In this document: positions 38,190 to 49,079 of the stretch, piece by piece | Numbering within the stretch: position 1 is the first letter of the stretch | Layout: each line of letters starts with the position of its first letter | Assembly: GCF_006345805.1 (NCBI RefSeq) | Contig: NC_042997.1 | Span: 213,218,001-213,282,000 of the forward strand | Reading direction: 5' to 3' | DNA from: Octopus sinensis | Taxonomy: Eukaryota | DNA length: 64,000 bases | Program-made: the position numbers and the translations under genes | The notes under the pieces: model-generated | What the model saw: only the letters and a program-made list of their open reading frames with translations | Databases searched by the model: none | What the model was told of the DNA's origin: nothing

Positions 38190-39050
38190 CATTAAGTTGC
38201 ATCAAATATGTGAATAGACAAACATGTGTTCCTTTGTCTTACTTGGAAGAAGGGCAAAAACTCTGGGAATGCTAAATGGATACAATACAGCTGATAATAT
38301 ATTGATGGGCTGATTTTAAAAGTACCATCAGCTGCCCAGTGAGGAAAATTCATATCTTTTAAGACATCTTCCATCCAAATATTAGTATTCTGTTCTCATC
38401 ATAGATGCTAGAATCAAATGCAAGGAACTTCTCTCCATTTACAAGAAAACAGTAGGATTCCAGTATCTCAAAATTATTCCTTTACTTTGGAATCGGTTGT
38501 ACTTTTTGTCTCCATCAACGTACATTTCTTCCCATTGATTATAAAGCAGGTATTTGGGTAACTGAATACTAATCTTCATTAGCAATCATAGCTCCAGTGA
38601 GACTTCTTGCTGGTTTGCATACTGAAATTGAAGTAGTTTTTAACTCAGACATAACTCCTTGTTCTCTGACTTTAGTAGCTGACGATCCATAGTTTCTGCT
38701 ATGTATGACAAAACATGCAGTTCAACTCAACCTCATCAGAAGTAGTTGAGGAAGTGGCAGAAATAATCCTCTGAGGCATGTTCAAACACATTCTATACAA
38801 AACAAAAAACAAAATGAAATTCCCCGAATAACTCAATTGTATCTGCTCTGCAACAGCACAAGCTAACACAATGGCCCACATTACTTGGGAATAAAAAACA
38901 TATCACCCACCTCTACAAAATGAAAACCTTTATATCCACCACCCCAACTTCCATAACATTTTCATTCAAAACACTAAAGATGCCTTCATATAATGGAGAG
39001 CTTGCACATTCTGCTTCACAAAATGCAACTGATCCTTGACTTCCTTGTCT
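38190..39050 (-). mobile_element. Degenerate MULE/Mutator transposase relic
   Basis: GEKFLAFDSSIYDENRILIF and WAADGTFKISPSIYYQLYCIH correspond to the MULE GE.FL..D...RILIF and W..DGTF..P..F.QLYTIH motifs; multiple stops. Confidence 0.75.
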
Positions 39051-40069
39051 AAAGAATCTCTACCAACTTCGGACTATCTCCTCCCTAATTAACGTGAAAC
39101 CACAAGCAGGACTCCAGTGAAGAAAGCCTGCACATTTGCTGCCTCCTTTTGCATCTAACTCAGCACACACAAGTAAAACTTCTCCAGAAACTCTTTCTCT
39201 TCACTGGGCTCATTAATGTGTACACACGTACCAAGTACTAAAGAAGCTTTGGCCAATTTAAATCAATAATATAACTGGCCCTCCAATTACCCTCAAACAA
39301 TATGTCCCAGAGCTCTCAACTTCAATTTGCAATTTCTCTCTCTCTCTAAGTATTTATTTCAATCTTTTGAAATATGCTGGTGTGTCTCATTCTCCCACCC
39401 AGAATAATGGTTTCTTAATTCTTCAGAAATCCTTATAACAGCAGATAATAACTTTGTTGAGTATTATCTGCTATTTATCTGATAAGTAGATTTTATATTC
39501 ATAGATAGAGGGAACTTGAGTGTTTGTAAGGGACAACAAAATGGCCACAAACCCTCATCTTCTAACAACATTCGTAAATTATAGAGTAATTCTACTCATA
39601 ACCAAATTTCAATTCAACAATCCAGAAATTAACTACATAAAAACAGCACAAAATAATACGACTAAAGTGTTAATTAACATTTACCAACAACTACAACAAA
39701 TACACTCTCAAAAATGTACTCTATCCTACTGTCTATCAGCCACTACCACCACCACCACCACTCTGTAGTACTTTTTAATACCCTTCGCACTTTTCAACAT
39801 TTGAAGAGAGTTTGATTTTTTTAATTGTAAATCTCTTATCCTCCAAAATATTACACATAAGAATAATCATCGTTCAATTTCCTACATTTTATATCTGGTC
39901 ACATGAGTCAATGAGGAAGAAGTGGATCTACCAGATAGAAATAATAGCCACATCTCCCACAGATCACATTCTCCACATCTTAAAAGTAAGTAGGAAGAAC
40001 ATGATTTAACATAGTCCTATAAATATGGGTTGTTCACTGCTGGGGTATCTTTAATTACAGGTTTTCTGA

Positions 40070-41488
40070 TCAAGTGGAGTTAAACTATCGCCCCGTCAGT
40101 CTTACCAGCTGCATCGCCAAACTGATGGAATCCTGTATCAGAGAAACCCTCTGGAACTTCTGGAAGTCTCACAGCCTCATCCAGCCGTCACAATTCGGAT
40201 TTATTCCTAACTCCAGCTGCTGTAATCAACTCATCGAGTTTCTTGAGAACGTTACCCAAATCACTGATCGCGGATCCTGGGTGGATGTTGTTTACCTGGA
40301 CTTTGCTAAGGCTTTTAACTTTGTGCCACACAAAAGACTTATGGTGAAGCTCTCTGCGTTGGGTGTAAGAGACGAACTCTATAACTGATTAAAGTCCTTC
40401 ATTTTTGGCCGAAAAGAGGTTGTCACAGTTCTAGGACAGCACTCTTCGCCCTATGAGATGACATCTGGTGTGCCACAGGGATCTGTTCTTGGCCCCCTTT
40501 TATTTGTTGCATATGTTAATGACATAGATGCCAACTTAAAGAATGCCACAGTGCTGAAATATGCAGATGACATCAAGCTGTACCTCGAAATAAAGAGGTC
40601 AAATCCTGTACACTATGGATCTCTATTGCAAGCAGACCTGGACACAATGCAGCAGTGGATCATGGACTGGCAACTCAAGCTGGCTGTGGACAAATGTACC
40701 ACCATGCATTTTGGGAGGAGAAACCCAGCGTCCACCTACTCCCTCCACAACACTAGTCTCAAAAAGTCTTCAAGTGAATGTGACCTGGGTGTTATTGTCG
40801 ACAGTGATTTGCGTTGGACAAAACACATCGCTAAAATTGTCAAGAAGGCTGAGGGTGTCTTGGCATCACTCACCGGCTATCTATCTGCGGCTTTATATAG
40901 CTATGGTAAGACCTCACCTGGAATTTGCATCACCGGTCCGGAACCCCTATCTTGCCCAGGACATCAATCGTCTGGAAGCTGTTCAGCGACGTGCAACCAA
41001 AAGAATACCCTCCATCAGGCATTTGCCATATCCTGAACGCCTTACTTCCCTGGGCATGGACACATTGAAACTCTGACGTCTGGCAGCTGACTTGGCAGAC
41101 ACCCATAAAATTATCAACCATCGCACAAACAATAACTCTGAGCACCTCTTCAAACTCCACCCATCTAACACCCGTGGACATATTTACAAAGTAAGAAAAC
41201 AGCACAGCTCCCATGACTTCAGGAAACATTTTTTCACGTTGAGAGTTGCTGAAGCATCGGTTGCCGGCATCGGTTGTTAGTTGTCGGAGCACTGCATCCT
41301 TCAAGACTTCCATGCTTCCTGAGATTCGCCAACACTACACTTGATTTTCTCCCCTCCATACACACACAAGCATGTTCACTTTCCAGACATTTCTACATTA
41401 CTGCATGTACTTTATATGCACTTTCTGACAAGTTGTGGTGCACCTGAGCACTGTATACAATAATTTCATTATTATTATTATTATTATT
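40070..41488 (+). mobile_element. 5'-truncated CR1/L2-type LINE (RT plus 3' UTR with (ATT)n tail)
   Basis: YRPVSLTS, VYLDFAKAF, GVPQGSVLGPLLF, YADDIKL; one in-frame TGA at 40386-40388 separates two same-frame ORFs, with a later frameshift. Confidence 0.92.
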
Positions 41489-43283
41489 AAACATATCTTA
41501 AAAAACAACAGTAAATTTACAAATGCTAATAATTCCTAATTTGTTTTCAAGAAAAGATGAAGTATTCCAAACACTTCAAGGACAATGGCTTGCTTTTTTT
41601 CTATTGTGATTCCATTTGCTTCTAAGAATGCACTAGCCTTCAAGCCCCTATTTTTGGTGGGTACCAAAGAAGAAGCTTCTGTACCAATGTTTCCTAATTT
41701 TTTGCTAATCCCTTTTTGATGACCCGTTGAATCAGACAGCTTCCCTCCTTAAATTGGTTGAAGTTTAATTGCAATTCCTGCTGAAATTAATGTTAGCATT
41801 TCCTGGTGATGCAATTACCCCAAGTTACAAAACACTGCTTTATGTGGATGCTCAACTTGCTAAAAATAGCAACCAAATTTAATATAAATCACACCTAAAT
41901 ATACTAAAAAATGAACACATTGAATAATGAAGTTTTAGATCCATTATTCTTGGAAACAAGGTGAGGTGGCCATGGTTGAAAAGCCTGTGATCTTGGCTTT
42001 GTTCAATCAGAAGTAAACAACAAAACTCTGCATGTCAGATCTTTCTGAGAGAGATCATATTCAGACGTGTTAGGAAGGCCTATTTTAGTTATGTACTACC
42101 TTAAACTAGTGCTTGGTTGATTGCACCTTTATGTAATGGGTGGGGAGGAATCTTAATTACTGTTTGGTTGCTATTTAGCATTCCATCATACAGGTGATGA
42201 ACGAAGTGCTTTTTTTCCAACAGTATTATGAGATCCCACTTCTTGTTTTACAGGTTACGTTCATTCTATTCTATTGTGAATTCTTTCACTTCTAGGCATA
42301 GTGTGTCCATTCCAAGATGGGCCTAAAAAGAATTTTGTAAATAAAAATATGTTAACACTTATGGCATACCTATGCATGTGTACACACCGACTTTGTTGCT
42401 TGATAACTTCCTGGAAAATGGATATTTTTTTAATGAAATTTTCTACAAATACACTTCAGATGGTGGTAGATTCTTATTATATAGAAATTTGCTGTGAAAA
42501 AAAGTTTTCATTGGTGAAAGAATGGAATTTCAAAAAATTAACACAAGTTGGTTTTGTTTCTTTATAACTTTCAGAAAAATGAATATATTTTAATGCAATT
42601 TTCTATAAATACCTTTCAGTGTGTGGAGATCATATCAGAATATGAAAACAAACTGGTGGGCTCGCATGCACATGCAGACATGCACCACATATCTACTACA
42701 AAACGAAACTTGAAATTTCAACAAAATATTGGATGTGTGTCAGTATGTAGGTGTGCATGTTCACCATTTTCCTTTTTACATAAAATTCTGATATTGTTAA
42801 TTTACACACTCTGAAATGTATTTTTAGAAAATTTCATTTGATAATACCCATTTTTCTGAAAGTTATGAGGAAACTTGTGTTAATTTTCTGAAACACTTTA
42901 TTACAAGCTTTTATGATAAGATGACGGGGAAATTTTAATTTAGGTTGAGTGAGTCACAATGCCAATTTGAAAGACTAATTTTAAGATAAACTTGAATCAG
43001 ATACGAAGCATATATATTAATTTTACATGTTATTTTTATATCTCATAACACCATTAATCTTCAGCATGTTAAATAACGTTACTAAGTAACACAAAAAGGT
43101 AATTATAAAAGTACAACAAAACCGGACTTGCTTCGTAGATTTGATAACGTTTGTACATTTGATTTGATATCCACTGCAAAAGCCTTTGTTCTCATTTTGT
43201 CAAGTAAATAAAGCTAACGGGCATAGTTCAATCTCATAATGCAGCACCTTAAACACTGAACTAAAACCTGTCATAAATATATA

Positions 43284-46200
43284 GAGGGCCGGGGCACAGT
43301 GAGGAGGTTTTACTGCATTTTTGACTTTGAGACACAATATATTTTTTTACAAATGTTCTTCTCTACCTTACAAAAACTAAATCAGCTCAGAAAAGTACCT
43401 TCTCTAAATGCATTAAAAGCATTATAACATGACCTGATCGCTACTTCAGAAAATTCTCACCATTCTCTTTGAGTAAATAAAAGACAAATTTGGTTGGGGC
43501 AAAATGAGTAAACCAAGATAAGGTCAACTTGTAGCTTCAGATCTCCAGAACTGAAGCATGCATATCAATATCCATCCCTTGACATCATCATCATTATCAT
43601 CATTTAGCGTCCGTTTTCCATGCTAGCATGGGTTGGACGGTTTAACTGGGGTCTGTGAAGCCGGAAGGCTTCATCAGGCCCAGTCAGATCTGGCAGTGTT
43701 TCTACGGCTGGATGCCCTTCCTAACACCAACCACTCCGTGAGTGTAGTGGGTGCTTTTTACGTGCCATCTGCACAGGTGCCAGACAGAGCTGGCAAACGG
43801 CCACGAACGGATGGTGTTCTTACGTGCCACCGGCACGGGGGCCAGGCGAGGCTGGCAACAGACACGAACGGATGGTGCTTTTACGTGCTACCGGCACGGG
43901 GGCCAGGCGAGGCTGGCAACGGACACGAGCGGATGGTGCTTTTACGTGCCAACGGCACGGGGCCAGGCGAGGCTGGCAACGGACACGAACGGATGGTGAA
44001 AAAATTTAACCATCTCAGTCAAATATGAGAGGATCAGGGAGAAATGGCACATAAAATTAATGAAACTCAACTAAATAGGTGCAGGAGTGGCTGTGTGGTA
44101 AGTAGCTTGCTAACCAACCACATGGTTCCGGGTTAAGTCCCACTGTGTGGCATCTTGGGCAAGTGTCTTCTGCTATAGCCCCGGGCCGACCAATGCCTTG
44201 TGAGTGGATTTGGTAGACGGAAACTGATAGAAGCCTGTCGTATATATGTATATATATATAAGTGTGTGTGTATATGTTTGTGTGTCTGTGTTTGCCCTCC
44301 TAGCATTGCTTGACAACCGATGCTGGTGTGTTTACGTCCCCGTCACTTAGCGGTTCGGCAAAAGAGACCGATAGAATAAGTACTGGGCTTCAAAGAATAA
44401 GTCCCGGGGTCGATTTTATTTATTTTTTTTTTTTTCAGAAAATCTTTACAAATTTGTGTTCTACACAAATTCATACGATTATGCAAAAAAATCGTGCAAT
44501 TTAAGGGTGATTTACCTGTTATTTTTAGTTCGTCTCACAACCACCTTATGCCTTCCTCATTTCTTTGTCACTCAGACATATATTGCTGTTTTTCAATATT
44601 TTTCTCTCCACAGGTAGCAAACTGGCAGAATCCCTGACCTGCCAGGTACTTGGCTCTCCAGTTGATATGCCATAGTTATTTAGCTGGTCAACATTTCATT
44701 TCCAATGAAGGGGTTAAGCTGGCAGAATCGTTAGCATGCCAGGCAAAATGTTAGTAGCATTTCGTCTGTCTTTATGTTCTGAGTTCAAATTCAGCCAAGG
44801 TCAACTTTGCCTTTCATCCTTTCAAGGTCAATAACGTAAGTACCAGATAAGGACAGAGGTCAATGTATCCAATTTAACTCCTTTCCCAAAATTTGAAACC
44901 AATAGTTTTCTCCTCATAAACGCGTTTAACGGAATAATGATGAACCCAGGAGTGATTCATTGCTGGGATTTAAGCTAAAATTTGGACTGTCCGTTTATTA
45001 AACACTTGATTTAAAATAAAAAAATTTGGAAAAGAGTGGAACTTCTAGGATTTATGGTGGGGAGGGGTTTAAAATTAAAAATAAAAACTTTTTCATATGA
45101 ATTCCCATGAGCAGAACTCAAATTTGCAAAACTTTTCTGAAAATTCCAAAAAGTGAAAGAAGCTAAGAGGGGTTATATGGGGCCCTTAAACCAGAATACT
45201 GCCTTTAAAAATGAACCAAAAACATGCAAAAATTAAGCAGATGATAACATGTACATGGCCATACAGTTCGATACTAAAATTATATAAGCATGGCTTTTGG
45301 TAAGAAGTTTGCACCCCAACCACATAGTTCTGGGTTCAGCTCCACTGCATGGCACCTTGATCCCTGTAACTTAAGAAACTACTAGAATAAGTACTGGGGT
45401 TGATTCATTCATATTCTTCAAGGTGGTACCCCAGTATGGCCACAGTCTAATGACTGTAATGAATATACATAGGAGGTGGGGCAAAATTAGTAATTTCTGA
45501 TTTCCTGTTATTTTCTCCCTACCTGTTTGAAATCATTACATTTACAAATATTGAATCATCTTTAGGAGCAAAAATTGGTCAGCCAAGTTGTTGAGAGAGT
45601 CTGAAATATAGTCAGGAGACAAGTCCTCCTTTTTCAAGAAACTTTTCCTCAACTTTGATCCAATTGCAATTGAGGTTGCTAATAAAACATCTGGATAATT
45701 TTTCATGCTAAACAATCAATATTCGTTTCTCTGTGGTATTCCAAGTCAATTTTTTTCCTACACTTAATGTCTAGTTTTATATAAGTTTTTTAAAAAATGG
45801 TGTCCAAAATGGGGTAAAATGAGTAATGTATAATTTCTACAATTTTTCCTCTTTAATTGCATAGTATGTAAATATATTGCCAATAGAGACACTCCGGCAA
45901 ATCATAAAGAAGCTATAGAGAATATTTATGTTGAGTTTTTTTTATCATTTAGTCGACTTTTGTTAATTTCATATCACGTGCCATTTTCCCCTGACCCTCT
46001 TTCATTTGATATATTTAAATTTTCTTGTTTTCTATTTTTAATCTTTCTGGTGTCTCGAGGTGGATATTGATGTGTATCTACGAATCTTTCATTCCTGAAG
46101 GAATGAAGCTGTAAATTTACATCATCCTGGCTTACTCATTTTGCCCCAGCCAAATTAGTCTTTGATATACCCAAAGAGAACAGCGATAGTTTTTTTTTTA

Positions 46201-46381
46201 AACAGATATTCAGATTATGTTACAATGCTTTTAATGCATTTAGGGATGGCCATTCGCTTAGCTGATATAGTTTTTGCCGTAAATTATTACAAGTACCTTT
46301 GCAAGGTCGTGAACATTTGTAAAACAAATATATTTTGTCTCAAAGTTAAAAATGCAATAAGAACACCTCATATTGGCCCTG
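43284..46381. mobile_element. Old long-TIR (~300 bp) DNA transposon with TA flanks, carrying nested insertions
   Basis: 43284-43587 aligns by eye with the reverse complement of ~46050-46381 (e.g. tttggttggggcaaaatgagtaaacc vs tttggctggggcaaaatgagtaagcc; ctaaatgcattaaaagcatt); ends TA|(g/c)agggcc...ggccctg|TA. Confidence 0.75.
44074..44420 (+). mobile_element. tRNA-derived SINE, family B
   Basis: gcaggagtggctgtgtggtaag head with A/B-box-like motifs and an internal (AT/GT) microsatellite; older copies at ~6190-6372 (-), 13000-13140 and 45290-45450. Confidence 0.8.
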
Positions 46382-46399
46382 TATTATGTTGTGTGTGCG

Positions 46400-46990
46400 T
46401 GTGTGTTGTTCCCCTTTACGTAATGAGTTCATATCGCACTGAAAGTCGCCTCTGTCTTTCACACCTGTGCTCAAGATCGAACGAAACAACTCTTACCTTT
46501 TACTCTGGCGTCAATATCAAAAACAATTATATAAACTGGACATAAAACATATACTCACATCTTCATATAAAAATACGCGTGTGATGGTTCGTTTCTATCG
46601 TTAAATTAAAACAATTTTTTAAATTGCAATTAGACAGAATATTCGGCAGTAAGTAAAACATTTCGAATCTAAGAAGCTCCAGGCAGGTGCGCAATCAATG
46701 TGTAACGAAGGCAAATGACCTGCAGAGATAAACAATGGTGTCAGAGGAAAATGCGACCGCTCCGAATAATCGCCCGGGTAGGCGGTGTCTATAATTTTAG
46801 AACATGTAGTCTATGTGCAATGTTGTTCTTGGTTACGAGTTTCTAATGAATTATCCAAAAGATTCACTGTTCTTGAGATAAATGGTGAAAAGGGAGTGTC
46901 GCTCTAACTCGCGCAGACAAGTACCTGTAATTATGCCTTTTCGATGCACCGGTTTATCAACAATTTTGTCGTCCGTGGCGGAGGTAAAGA
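46400..46990. promoter_or_regulatory. CpG-rich putative promoter / first-exon region, possibly of the SLC52 gene
   Basis: Visibly CpG-richer unique sequence than the surrounding DNA; strong minus-strand donor AAAG|GTAAGA at 46496 (alternative GTGAGT at 46558) could splice to the SLC52 5'UTR acceptor at 29532. Inference only. Confidence 0.35.
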
Positions 46991-46996
46991 CAATGA

Positions 46997-48895
46997 GGTA
47001 CTACTTAAGAACAGTGGTCCCGGTGCGCGCACTCGCGCTAGCTAAAGTTAAACAAAGGCAACGGAATGTTTTAATGAGAATCAAAAGTGGTGACATTTCG
47101 CTGTGGTGCTAAAGACACCGTTTTCGGTGCTATTAGAGTCAGTAAACCAGCTGTGATATATTATATCGTGGCTAATTAAGTGTTGCCAGAAGAGATGGAC
47201 GACAGAGATTGAACGATTGCACGACGGGAAGGAATAAGTTTTAACAAATTGAATTAATTAAGTAAATGAGAAAAGTTAGATTTAAGTCTTTATTTTCATA
47301 CGTGTTAATGGATGGGTGAATAGAAACGTAGTGGAGGCGCAATGGCCAAGTGGTTAGGGCAGCGGACTCGCGGTCGTAGGATCGCGGTTTCGATTCCCAG
47401 ACCGGGCGTTGTGAGTGTTTATTGAGCGAAAACACTTAAAGTTCTACGAGGCTCCGGCAGGGGATGGTGGTGATCCCTGCTGTACTCTTTCACCACAACT
47501 TTCTCTCACTCTTACTTCCTGTTTCTGTTGTATCTGTATTTCAATGAGCCGGCCTTGTCACTCTCTGTGTCACGCTGAATATCCCCGAGAACTACGTTAA
47601 GGGTACACGTGTCTGTGGAGTGCTCAGCCACTTACACGTTAATTTCACGAGCAGGCTGTTCTGTTGATCGGATCAACCGGAACCCTCGTCGTCGTAACCG
47701 ACGGAGTGCTTCCTCCTCCTAGAATAGAAACGTTGTTGGGGGTACAGGGGGGGGGCTCAATCGCCTGCCCAATCACTATTTTTTCGTGATTGAGCCAGGT
47801 AGTGACCCGTACGACAATGGTAAGTGAAAATTAAGAGTCATAAACCTAACTTTTTCTCACAGAGTTTAGTCCCACTATTTTTGTATTCAATGTGACTGAC
47901 CCAGAAATTGAACTCGCACTCATTATGGAACGACACCAATCTCTTCCCGTCGAGTTTTTAAAACTCCTTCTTCCCATGATGCCGAGCTGGGCCGAGTTAA
48001 AGACAGATTGTCCTAGAATTGCACGACAATCGTTAAATCTTTCCCCATCTTGCGGGGAGTTGAATTTTTGCGTTCAAGGTTGTATTTGGGAATCGTTTGG
48101 ATTTTTGCTGTTCGCAGCGGCTGTTGATGGTGGTGCTGTTTCTCCAAGTATAGGAGAATCAGCTATGGCTAAAAATAAGTTTTATTCCGACCTCAGCGGG
48201 TCGGAATTGTCTTGGTCGGAGGGAGAGCTTGTTAGAGCGGTTGGAAGGATGGGTGAGGAACTGGAAAGAAGAGAAAGTTATGCAAAGGTAGCAGAGAGAC
48301 AAAAAATAACGAGGTAGGTCTAACAAAGATGACATGCTACAAGAAAATTGCTCAAAAAGTAGGTGGAAATGTCAGACCACAGAAACTTATGAACCAAATG
48401 GTTGGATCAAGGCAAGTGTGCATTGAACTGAAATTAAATAAGCAAGAAAGAAAAGGCCATAGAACCATGTTTAGTTTCTGTTGTTGTTATTATTATTATT
48501 ATGGAGTTATGTGTGTATGTTCTTGATAATCATTTAGAACAAGTAGTTATACACCAATTACACTATTTTTTTTTTCCGGCCCGGGCCAAACAGTATAGTT
48601 TAAAGGCCATGGACTGAAGATGTGAATTTTCCGAGGCCTCCTGCCCTTTCGCGAGCGCGCATTTTTCTTGTCATATTCGTTGAGAGCAAGTTGTTTTACA
48701 CTATTTTATTTTTTGTTTTTATGACCGGGTCAAACGCTTTAGTTTAACCTTGTGTTTTATTTACTTTGTTTAACAAAAATTATTATTGTGTTTGTATTTA
48801 TTTTGCTAGGCAGTCGTTGTAGGTTCGACTAGTCACGACTAGCTAGCGCGTGTACGCGAGTGCGCACACAGAGACCACTGTTCTTAAGTAGTACC
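46997..48895. mobile_element. Non-autonomous TIR element, Merlin-like, 1899 bp
   Basis: TIRs ggtactacttaagaacagtggtc...gcgcactcgcg at both ends; flanking 8-mers gacaatga (46989-46996) and gacaatgg (48896-48903); no recognisable transposase. Confidence 0.7.
47330..47721 (+). mobile_element. Young tRNA-derived SINE, family C, nested in the TIR element
   Basis: tRNA-like head (tggccaagtggttagg...ggtttcgattccc), (cct)n tail, perfect 12-bp TSD gaatagaaacgt at 47318-47329 and 47722-47733. Confidence 0.9.
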
Positions 48896-49079
48896 GACAA
48901 TGGAGTGCACTCACTTCGGTACTCCTTTTTTTTTTTACAGGAACCTAGTATATCGAGTGCGGAGATTCCGAATCTGCATTTCAAACTTTTAATTTCCCCC
49001 ACTCTTCACCACCCCCTAATTTCTTAAATTATGTGATCAAGCAAGTCCAGCGGCACTGGCAACAACCTTGCTCGAATGT

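Noticed and set aside
41510-41730. About 70 stop-free codons on the minus strand without an ATG
   Set aside because: No convincing splice sites or homology; length is expected by chance.
47330-47410. tRNA-like sequence
   Set aside because: No clean acceptor stem; it continues into a SINE body with a tail and a 12-bp TSD.
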